Shown here: positions 56,938-64,000 of the stretch, in pieces | How the letters are laid out: each line of letters begins with the position of its first letter | Position numbering within the stretch: the stretch's first letter is position 1 | NCBI GenBank assembly: GCA_963711565.1 | Contig: CAVQEQ010000003.1 | Span: 224,001-288,000 of the forward strand | Reading direction: 5' to 3' | From: an uncultured delta proteobacterium | GTDB lineage: Bacteria; Desulfobacterota; Binatia; Binatales; Binataceae | DNA length: 64,000 nt | Notes under the pieces: model-generated | Told to the model about the DNA's origin: nothing | Seen by the model: the letters and a program-made list of their open reading frames with translations, nothing else | The model's database searches: none | Position numbers and translations under genes: made by a program

Positions 56938-57326
56938 GCCGCACCGCCTTTCCGGCGAGCGGGAACAGCGCGCTTGATCACGGCGTCGCAGAGGGCGGCG
57001 ATGCGATAGCTGTCCGTGCCTAGGCTCGGAACTCTGAAGCGCGGGGCGGTGTCGAGAGCTGCGGACGCTTGCTGGAGTACCGCGAGCAGGTCCTCAACGA
57101 GGTCCGGATTCTGGACCAATGTGCGTTCGTCGGCCCGTTCCTCTGCATAGCCGTCGCGGGCGCTGGTGAGTGCGGCTTCGAAGTCGAAGTTGTGGACATC
57201 GCCGAAGTGCATAAGGTCGCGGAGCAAATCGCTAAGGCTGTCCTCGTAGTCGCATTTGGTTTCGCGGCGAAAGCCCTCCAAGGCGTTGCGAGCCCATTCA
57301 GCACGATCTTTATTCGTGACTGTCAT
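56934..57326 (-). CDS. hypothetical protein
   Basis: RAEWA..AL...DLL.DLMH motif; first gene of a coupled operon. Confidence 0.7.
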   Translation of the reverse strand: MTVTNKDRAEWARNALEGFRRETKCDYEDSLSDLLRDLMHFGDVHNFDFEAALTSARDGYAEERADERTLVQNPDLVEDLLAVLQQASAALDTAPRFRVPSLGTDSYRIAALCDAVIKRAVPARRKGGAA

Positions 57327-57532
57327 CTGATTTTCCTTTCCAGTTGTGTCGGCCTCCACCATGGGGCCCCACAGCGAAGCGGGCCTCTGGTGGAGGCCGG
57401 AAAGGTCATTAGGGCACGCAGGCGTTGGACATTTTGCGACTGGCAGAGCGACCGGGGATTAGCTTTCGTAGTGGCAATCTATTTCAATAACTTATCCCGT
57501 GATCTAGAATGTAATCAGTTCAGGAGAACTAT

Positions 57533-58117
57533 ATGGCGTCCGATGAGTTAGAATTAAGCGTCGAAGTTGAAGGCGAGCACACTCCTGACGTTCCGGCTCA
57601 ACTTTCCAAGCTCACCCCGCAGCAGTTCAATTTGCTTCTGTCATTCCGTGCCAGAACGCAAGCATATCGACAGAGTGTTTCAGATCCTGCGGGCCTTCAA
57701 ACGTTTAAGATTGTCTCCGACTTTTTGTCAGCGGAAGAACGAGCTTTACTTGCATTGCTTTCGGATGTGGAACTTTCTCCTTTTGACGACAAAAATGAGC
57801 TACCGTGGGCACCCAAAGCTGACGATGAATTCCCTTGGGCTGGGAGCGGTAAAAACTTCCTCATACGTCTGATAAAGGGAAAATTGGCCACCCTCAAGGG
57901 CGGCAAGATATACGTCGTACCAGCAACATCGCGGGAGAAAGAGATGCCAAAGCAAGAATCGATGACCGCCAGCGAGCTTGTCGCTCGAATTATTGCCGAA
58001 ATGGATGGCGTCTCCGTGGAAACAATAACGCCTGAATATATACAAGCCTACAAATCGACGGTGACCAAACGCATGGATAAACACAAACGTGATAACCCGG
58101 ACAAGTTTCTGCCGTAA
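57533..58117 (+). CDS. hypothetical protein
   Basis: AGGAG RBS; low GC. Confidence 0.65.
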   Translation: MASDELELSVEVEGEHTPDVPAQLSKLTPQQFNLLLSFRARTQAYRQSVSDPAGLQTFKIVSDFLSAEERALLALLSDVELSPFDDKNELPWAPKADDEFPWAGSGKNFLIRLIKGKLATLKGGKIYVVPATSREKEMPKQESMTASELVARIIAEMDGVSVETITPEYIQAYKSTVTKRMDKHKRDNPDKFLP

Positions 58118-58839
58118 TGCCTCCAAAACCTCTGGATGATGGCGTCCTCGACTTAGTGATTTCCGCCAGCAACCGATTTGTAGAAGCCTTCGAAGAAAAA
58201 AAGGAAATTGAGGGGAAGACTAATCGGAAGTCTGTTGACTCACTTATCTGTGATTACAAGTTTTTCCTCGGCACCGTCTTTGAGCATAGCAGCAAGGAAG
58301 TCACTGTCGAGAATCAGAAAACTGCGGTTGAGAACTGCGTCAAAGACCTCTTTACAAGCATCCGGAACTTTTATCTCGCAGAGATGCGTCATCTGACAAA
58401 ATCCTGCAAGAAGCTTTTAAAGACATATCAAGGTGCACTGGACAAAAACCGCAGAATGCGGGGTCTGGCTAGTGCTCCGAAATCTCTAGCAATCCAGGCG
58501 CGCATCACTGACGCAGATGAAAAGCTCAAGGAGATCGAAGCGGCAGAGATACCCGATCTGAAAAGCGCATGGAAAACGGTTTTCACTTCATGGAACCAAC
58601 CCTTGGAGGATACCGCCAAAGCTATAGTCCAAATGGACGAGATACTTGAAAAAATATACAAATACGTAAGTGATAGAACCAAGACAAGATGGCAAAAGGC
58701 TGCTTTTGGTCTGGGTCTCGTGACTCTATTGTTCGGTGGCGGACTGGTCACTTCAAACTACAGCAGAATCTCGAGTTCGGCAGACAAAGCTATAGGCGTA
58801 ATTATTCATCCCCCGCAGCCACCCGGCCCAACAAAGTGA
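58117..58839 (+). CDS. hypothetical coiled-coil protein with C-terminal TM
   Basis: TAATG coupling to the upstream gene; AAFGLGLVTLLFGGGLV helix. Confidence 0.65.
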   Translation: MPPKPLDDGVLDLVISASNRFVEAFEEKKEIEGKTNRKSVDSLICDYKFFLGTVFEHSSKEVTVENQKTAVENCVKDLFTSIRNFYLAEMRHLTKSCKKLLKTYQGALDKNRRMRGLASAPKSLAIQARITDADEKLKEIEAAEIPDLKSAWKTVFTSWNQPLEDTAKAIVQMDEILEKIYKYVSDRTKTRWQKAAFGLGLVTLLFGGGLVTSNYSRISSSADKAIGVIIHPPQPPGPTK

Positions 58840-59061
58840 ATGGCTGACGAAGGGTTCTTCATCGACATGTCAGGTCGGTACTTGGGCGAGGTCGTTTACG
58901 ACGATAGGTTGATGTTCAACCGCGCCACCCCGTACAGATCGACCAACTTCGGTTCGCGTGGTAACTACGGGAATGTCGGAAACTACGGCAATCCCGGAAA
59001 CCACGGAAGCATTGGAACTGTCGGAGGTTATGACGATGTCAAAGCCGATTGGTTGCGTTGA
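58840..59061 (+). CDS. small Gly/Asn-rich protein, probably N-terminally truncated
   Basis: FIDMSGRYLGEV...GNYGNVGNYGNPGN repeats. Confidence 0.5.
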   Translation: MADEGFFIDMSGRYLGEVVYDDRLMFNRATPYRSTNFGSRGNYGNVGNYGNPGNHGSIGTVGGYDDVKADWLR

Positions 59062-59103
59062 ACCACCGTCACTGTCAGGGCCGCGCTAGCCACAAATCCT
59101 CCG

Positions 59104-59844
59104 CTAGCTTTGGAAGAATCCCGGCGGGTATTGCGCCGAATATTCGGCGCCGTTCACGTCGTAGAACCAGACCCTTACGGCTGCAGTTTGTGCGGTCGAG
59201 AGATCTCCGATCCGGTTCCTGGGACCGTGGTACAGAAGCCAGCCCGACTTCTTACCGCCTTTCACGATGACAGTCTCGTCGCGGAGCAGATTGCCGCCGC
59301 TTCTGCCGGCAAAATCTTCGGTCGATTCGCTGAGCCCCCCTTCCGTAAAGATGAACCTCACATGCGGAGGCGTGACAACTTCCAGTTTCCAGCGGTCAAC
59401 GGCGCCTGCCGCACCCGTGTTCCGGATGGTCATGAGTACGAATAGCTTGATCCAATCAGGCTGCTGATGGTCGCCCTCTACCTGTACTTTCAGGATTTCT
59501 CCCGCAAATTCAGGGCGATCCGCCTTTAGCGCCTTCCGAAATTCATTGCGAGCCGTTTCGAGTTCCGAGAGAAGCCGCCTGTTCTCTTCTCTCTGCCGTT
59601 CATGCACTTCCGACGCCTCGCGCACAAAACCTATCGCGAACTCGGCCATCGCGAGAAAGGCGTAGGTCAAGATTCCTGCCAGAATGCCCCATAAGGTTGC
59701 ATTCAAGGCTCTCAGCCCAAACTCCCACTGAAACCAAAAGCCGACGATGACAGCGGCGATACTTATGCCTCCCTTCGTCCAGGAGAGCAGAGTCGTTCTC
59801 TGCCGGGCGCCGAGGGCCACGTTATGCCAGAAGCTTTTCCTCAT
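59104..59844 (-). CDS. two-TM hypothetical protein
   Basis: Two hydrophobic helices, a coiled coil and a beta-rich C-terminal domain; directly after rmuC. Confidence 0.65.
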   Translation of the reverse strand: MRKSFWHNVALGARQRTTLLSWTKGGISIAAVIVGFWFQWEFGLRALNATLWGILAGILTYAFLAMAEFAIGFVREASEVHERQREENRRLLSELETARNEFRKALKADRPEFAGEILKVQVEGDHQQPDWIKLFVLMTIRNTGAAGAVDRWKLEVVTPPHVRFIFTEGGLSESTEDFAGRSGGNLLRDETVIVKGGKKSGWLLYHGPRNRIGDLSTAQTAAVRVWFYDVNGAEYSAQYPPGFFQS

Positions 59845-59877
59845 ATTCGGTGTACGCGGTAATGAGCGAGGCAACTT

Positions 59878-61488
59878 TTATTCTTCTGTTGCGATCTCTT
59901 CTTCCTCGTCAATTTCAGCTAGCGCCGGGCCTAGAAGGATTTGCGCGGTATCGTCCGGTAACTTTTCTACACTACGCAATTTCCGGTTCATGGTGCGGGT
60001 GCGGGCACCGAGATTTTCCACCGATTTTGCGGCGGTGCTAAGCTGCTTCGACAGTTTATCGACAACCTCATTGTATTTGCCGAATTCGTTACTGACCGCG
60101 CCAAGAATCTGCCAGACTTCGCTCGAACGCTTCTCGATCGCTAGAGAACGGAAGCCCATCTGAAGTGCATTCAGCAAGGCCATGAACGTCGTCGGCCCGG
60201 TCAGGGTTACATGATAGTCGCGCTGAAGCTGCTCGAAGAATCCTGGCCGCCGGAGAACCTCCGCATAGAGACTTTCCGTTGGCAGAAAAAGGATTGCGAA
60301 TTCCGTCGTTCGCGGCGTTGCTATGTATTTCTCCCTGATCGTCTTGGCACACTGGCGGATTCGGCACTCAAGGTCTTTGGCGGCCTGCGCAACAGCGTCA
60401 GAATCCCCCAGCTCAGCGGCAGCAATGAGCCGCTCATAGTCCTCTAGCGGGAATTTAGCATCCACCGGCAAGAGGACCTCACCGTCGGAATCACGGCCGG
60501 GCAATCTGATGGCGAATTCGACTCTTTCCTGACTGTTTTCCTTGATCTGCGCATTCTTGATGAATTGTTCCGGCGACAAGAACTGCTCCAGTATCGTGGC
60601 AAGCTGAACCTCGCCGAAGGTTCCACGAACCCGGACATTGGAAAGCACCTTCTTGAGGTCTCCTACGCCAGCCGCCAGAGATTGCATCTCACCAATGCCT
60701 TTATGAACGCGTTCCAGCTGCTCGACCACGCGGTTGAAGGATTCGCCCAGCCGGTTTTCCAAGGTTGATTGCAGCTTTTCATCGACGGTTCGGCGCATCT
60801 CATCCAGCTTGGCGGCATTCTCGGTGCGGATAGCATCGAGGCGGCCTTCGACCGTTTGCTTGAGTGTCTCTTGCGCGCGCCCGTGTTTCTCGGATAGGTC
60901 CGAAAGAGCCGTTGTAACATTTTCAAGGCGTTCCTTCTGATGCTCGCCGAGCTGGCTGAGCGTATCGGCGACGTTGGCTCCAAGCTTGCGAAAGCTGCCT
61001 GTCATCTCTTCTCGCAGCTCCTTGGCAGCGGTCGCCTGCTTTGCCGCCGCATCGTCGAGTTTTGTCTCGATAGTCTGCCTCAGCGTATCTCGGTTGCGAG
61101 TCGCCTCATCGCCCATCCGTTTAATATCCTGGTCCAGCTTAGCGGCGATGGCAGCTGCGCGGTCGTCGATGACCTTGACGCCGGTGTCGAGCCTGCCGCC
61201 GAATTCCTTCACCTGCGCTCCGAGCCCTTCGCCGAGCTCGCGGAAGCCCTTGAGAGTCGTTTCCTGAAAGCCTCTCAAGTTCTCGCCCAGCTCTTGCCTC
61301 AACGCGCGCGCCTGTTCGTCGCCAGATTTGCGGATTTGGTCAGTTTCATTCCGCAATAGCTGGGAGACTTGCTCGGCGGTCAGTGCAGCTTCCGAGGGCG
61401 AACGCACGGCGCGGAGAAATGTGAGCAGAGAAAACAACGCGGCCGTCCCGGCAAATGAAATGATGATGATGGTTGTCAAATCTGTCAT
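59878..61488 (-). CDS. rmuC: RmuC family protein
   Basis: MRRTVDEKLQSTLE.RLGESF, RGTFGEVQL, LPVDAKFP, FLPTESLYAE, LQMGFR.LAIEKRSSEVW. Confidence 0.95.
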   Translation of the reverse strand: MTDLTTIIIISFAGTAALFSLLTFLRAVRSPSEAALTAEQVSQLLRNETDQIRKSGDEQARALRQELGENLRGFQETTLKGFRELGEGLGAQVKEFGGRLDTGVKVIDDRAAAIAAKLDQDIKRMGDEATRNRDTLRQTIETKLDDAAAKQATAAKELREEMTGSFRKLGANVADTLSQLGEHQKERLENVTTALSDLSEKHGRAQETLKQTVEGRLDAIRTENAAKLDEMRRTVDEKLQSTLENRLGESFNRVVEQLERVHKGIGEMQSLAAGVGDLKKVLSNVRVRGTFGEVQLATILEQFLSPEQFIKNAQIKENSQERVEFAIRLPGRDSDGEVLLPVDAKFPLEDYERLIAAAELGDSDAVAQAAKDLECRIRQCAKTIREKYIATPRTTEFAILFLPTESLYAEVLRRPGFFEQLQRDYHVTLTGPTTFMALLNALQMGFRSLAIEKRSSEVWQILGAVSNEFGKYNEVVDKLSKQLSTAAKSVENLGARTRTMNRKLRSVEKLPDDTAQILLGPALAEIDEEEEIATEE

Positions 61489-61520
61489 GGCGGTTGTCCT
61501 CGGCGTTAAAGGAATTATGG

Positions 61521-62912
61521 CTAACTGTTACCAAGAGGTGTCGCGTCGCGCGTGAGGACATAACCAGGGTTAAATCCTCCGAAATCCCGGGCCTGTGGAA
61601 CCGCGTTGAGATGATCGGTGCTCTGGAGATCAAGATCGATCAGGCGATGGAGCGGTCCGCCGTGCAGGAGTCGGAGAACTTCAGCAACAACCAGGCAGGC
61701 AGCCACTGCTCCGACGAACGGAGCGCCGACCGCCTTGCCCGCGAGCAGCGTGATACCGCAACGGTCCAGGTCTCCCTCGCGCAGCATCTTTTGATAGGCT
61801 GCGCGGTTGGCGAGGTCCTCCTGTTCAACGGTGGCACTCCAGATTTCGGCAGCAGTCCGGCTGCCTGGGAGAGTGTGCATCCGGATGGTCCGGAAGTCGC
61901 GATGGCCGCGGCCGAGTCCCGCCTCCACGATGAACGGAAACCCGACCCGATCCAGCGCGCGCCGTCCCAGCGCGTTGTCCAGGCCGCATAATGCGATTGC
62001 CGGCTCGTCGTCGCTGCGGGTCAATGACGCGTCGAACAGCCGCTCAAGGATGCTGCTAGCGAATCCGCGCCGCTCGGCCCACGCAGCCATGGCGCGGGTC
62101 TTCTTTGCACCGGCCATGCTCAGCTCGGAGAGGATCGATGTGCTCTCCGTCGAGGGCGTGATGATGTCAACGTCTTGCAAGACCAGCGACAGGCCGGTCG
62201 GCTGCGGATAAGGGAGCAACCCCAGCGCCCACAAATATGCCTGGCCGAGATGGCCGAGCCCGATCAGCCAGAGATTCGATGGTAGATAGCGCAGCGGCGG
62301 AGCGTTCGGGTCGGCGGATAGCCAATCGGTGCGAGCAGGCTGCCAGAGGGAAAACCCGACATGTCTCCGTCCCGCCACCGTCGTCTCGCCCTGTACATGA
62401 AAGAAGGCTTCGCTGACCGCGAGCGCGACCGCGAGCATCGGTGCCAGCGGCATGATGTGCTCTTCGCCGCCCAGAAATTCGGAATGCGCGGGAATGACTC
62501 CGCCGCGCCATCCCGCATATACCGTCCTGACGCGGAATCCCGCGGAACGTGGGCGCGGGTGCCCACCAATGAAGATGCAAGGACCGTCATCGATTTCGTC
62601 TGTGGTGCATTGCGCGCCGACGGCGTTGACCGCTGCTCTTAGGGTCTCGCCGAGCGGCAAGGGCACGGCAAGTGGCACGTCAAGAGGGCCGGCAACGGAG
62701 ACGCCGCCAAGGAAAACGCGGCGAGCAAGCGCAATGCCGGTCAAGAGCGCCGCCTGATGGGCCGGATGACGCACTTCGGCTTCGCCGATGGAAAAAGCGA
62801 GGCGGTAGCCGAGAAAGATTGCGTTGGCCTCGTCAACGCTGGACGCGATGCCACTGTCGATCGCTTGTTTGACCAGACGATGCAGCGTGTCAGCGGGAGC
62901 GTATGCGTTCAT
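61521..62912 (-). CDS. E1/ThiF-like ubiquitin-activating protein (type II BilD-like)
   Basis: Inactive N-terminal half; GLGHLG nucleotide-binding motif; LDN...RR; C-terminal Cys in LDRCG..LLAGKAVGAPFVG. Confidence 0.85.
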   Translation of the reverse strand: MNAYAPADTLHRLVKQAIDSGIASSVDEANAIFLGYRLAFSIGEAEVRHPAHQAALLTGIALARRVFLGGVSVAGPLDVPLAVPLPLGETLRAAVNAVGAQCTTDEIDDGPCIFIGGHPRPRSAGFRVRTVYAGWRGGVIPAHSEFLGGEEHIMPLAPMLAVALAVSEAFFHVQGETTVAGRRHVGFSLWQPARTDWLSADPNAPPLRYLPSNLWLIGLGHLGQAYLWALGLLPYPQPTGLSLVLQDVDIITPSTESTSILSELSMAGAKKTRAMAAWAERRGFASSILERLFDASLTRSDDEPAIALCGLDNALGRRALDRVGFPFIVEAGLGRGHRDFRTIRMHTLPGSRTAAEIWSATVEQEDLANRAAYQKMLREGDLDRCGITLLAGKAVGAPFVGAVAACLVVAEVLRLLHGGPLHRLIDLDLQSTDHLNAVPQARDFGGFNPGYVLTRDATPLGNS

Positions 62913-62924
62913 GATGGTGACGCC

Positions 62925-63443
62925 TCAAAGACCGATGTGGAAGAATTCGCGGTGGTGGTTGGCACCAACGGTTTCCCATCGCCCTCCTCCGCAATAGCGA
63001 TAGATGCCAAGAGTTTCGCGCGTAACGGGCGGGGCGGCGAAGTTCGGCATGATCAGGGCGAGATGACCAGCGCGGGCGATGATCGGATGCGCGCGGTCGG
63101 AGTCGCTCTGGTACGCCGCACCGGGATGTGTGTGCACATCGGCAACGACAGTTAGTCCTCGATCCGTGCATAGGTCCCACAGCTTGCCGAAGTGACGGCC
63201 ATCCAGGCGCACGATGCCCGTGTCGAGGGCGTGGGGATCAAGGTCGTCATAAAGAATGAAATCCACGATCCGCCGCCGTCCGGAATCGTGCTTGGTCCCC
63301 AGCAGGAAAGCGCCGCTCTCCCCGACGCCGCGACCGCGCGAACGCAGGCCGCTTAGCAGCCGCCGCCAAAGGCGCCAGGAGCATGACAACTCATGCCGCG
63401 GCGCGAGCAGGCGGCATGTAATCTCGGCAATGCAGAAGCTCAT
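62925..63443 (-). CDS. JAB/MPN metallopeptidase (BilC-like)
   Basis: ESGAFLLG...DVHTHPG...QSDSD JAMM motif. Confidence 0.9.
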   Translation of the reverse strand: MSFCIAEITCRLLAPRHELSCSWRLWRRLLSGLRSRGRGVGESGAFLLGTKHDSGRRRIVDFILYDDLDPHALDTGIVRLDGRHFGKLWDLCTDRGLTVVADVHTHPGAAYQSDSDRAHPIIARAGHLALIMPNFAAPPVTRETLGIYRYCGGGRWETVGANHHREFFHIGL

Positions 63444-63861
63444 GCACTATCTCCAGGTATTGAACGAGCCCGTCAGAAGGGCGCCAGATTTTCGAGGGCA
63501 TCTGTGTGCGCCAAATGTCGTGCCCGGCGAAGGCCTCGCGGTCGCAAGGCAGATACAGCGCGGTGCCAGCCTTCCACTTGGGGTTGAACACGGCACCGAG
63601 ACGCCCTCCCCGGCTTTGCGGCCAGAGGTCGGGCGCAAGCATTGCGTTGCGCATCAGGTCCCACGGCCCTGCGGTCGGCGGGCTGGCCGGAAAGCCGGTG
63701 CAATTGAAACGCAACACGTACTCTCGGTCATCCTTGGCCGTAACGCCGATGAAGACGTGCGGCCAAGCGATGTTGATCAGGCGCCAACGCTTGTCGGCTA
63801 CGCCGACGCGGAACGCCGGACTGGTCACGTCCGCGCGGAGCGCGTTTTCGTCGGGCGCCAT
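63391..63861 (-). CDS. E2-like ubiquitin-conjugating protein (BilB-like)
   Basis: [14 protein letters not shown]...WD...LYLPCDR putative catalytic Cys; sits between the Ubl and JAB genes. Confidence 0.8.
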   Translation of the reverse strand: MAPDENALRADVTSPAFRVGVADKRWRLINIAWPHVFIGVTAKDDREYVLRFNCTGFPASPPTAGPWDLMRNAMLAPDLWPQSRGGRLGAVFNPKWKAGTALYLPCDREAFAGHDIWRTQMPSKIWRPSDGLVQYLEIVHELLHCRDYMPPARAAA

Positions 63862-64000
63862 CAGCGAGTTTCCTCCGCGTGCGCCAGCGGCGAACCATTC
63901 ACGCGCTGCTCAGGGACGAGGTCGAACCGCACCCGGCAGTCGGGACAGGAAGTGAGCCTGCCGACGTGGGTGCCCGGTGCCGGGCGGTCCTGGGTCCCGG
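63861..64000 (-). CDS. ubiquitin-like protein C-terminus (BilA-like; start outside the window)
   Basis: Manual translation gives ...[36 protein letters not shown]; TGATG coupling to the E2 gene. Confidence 0.75.
   Translation of the reverse strand, partial: GTQDRPAPGTHVGRLTSCPDCRVRFDLVPEQRVNGSPLAHAEETR

Larger units (their letters stand above)
14176..64000. mobile_element. tRNA-Leu-integrated mobilisable genomic island (extends beyond the window)
   Basis: tRNA fragment at the boundary, followed by ssb, parA, resolvase, relaxase/oriT, VirD4 and defence cargo. The integrase and the other att site are not in the window. Confidence 0.8.

Noticed and set aside
2433-62757. Many long overlapping antisense or alternate-frame ORFs in the ORF track (e.g. 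2433-3110, 12335-13180, 50778-51833)
   Set aside because: Shadow ORFs expected in GC-rich DNA opposite well-supported genes; Arg/Pro-rich with no motifs.
61521-63861. CBASS Cap2/Cap3 or thiamine/molybdopterin biosynthesis
   Set aside because: No CD-NTase in the window, E1 and E2 are separate genes, and a Ubl gene is directly upstream, which fits Bil.

Overview
Bases 1-14175 look like ordinary GC-rich chromosome: a carotenoid-oxygenase fragment, a HEPN/MNT pair, ppa, DUF992, EVE, an Fpg/Nei glycosylase, a stand-alone cNMP-binding protein, a frameshifted wHTH-AAA-TPR regulator and a secreted beta-propeller. The gene style suggests Candidatus Binatota, which is an unverified impression. A 3'-only fragment of tRNA-Leu(UAA) at 14176-14236, followed by arm-type repeats, marks the edge of a genomic island that runs past the window end. 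The island is a plasmid-like integrated mobilisable element with ssb, ParA plus an RHH partner, a resolvase, a MOBQ relaxase with oriT, three MobS-like paralogs, VirD4, an HTH Rep candidate with a putative counter-transcript, and a leading-region methyltransferase. Its cargo includes (i) an IS1111-type IS110 element whose downstream non-coding region has readable target and donor guides and an unusual end-repeat/captured-flank/end-repeat structure, (ii) a 17-kb module with two ECF sigma triads, an orphan FlgD, an acidic EF-hand protein, an orphan GspD secretin and MacAB-TolC, in which three promoters share one ECF motif, and (iii) defence genes: a metallophosphoesterase-NACHT NLR-like protein, AbiEi/AbiEii, and a type II Bil ubiquitin-like operon followed by rmuC. 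All calls come from reading motifs by eye; no database search was run.
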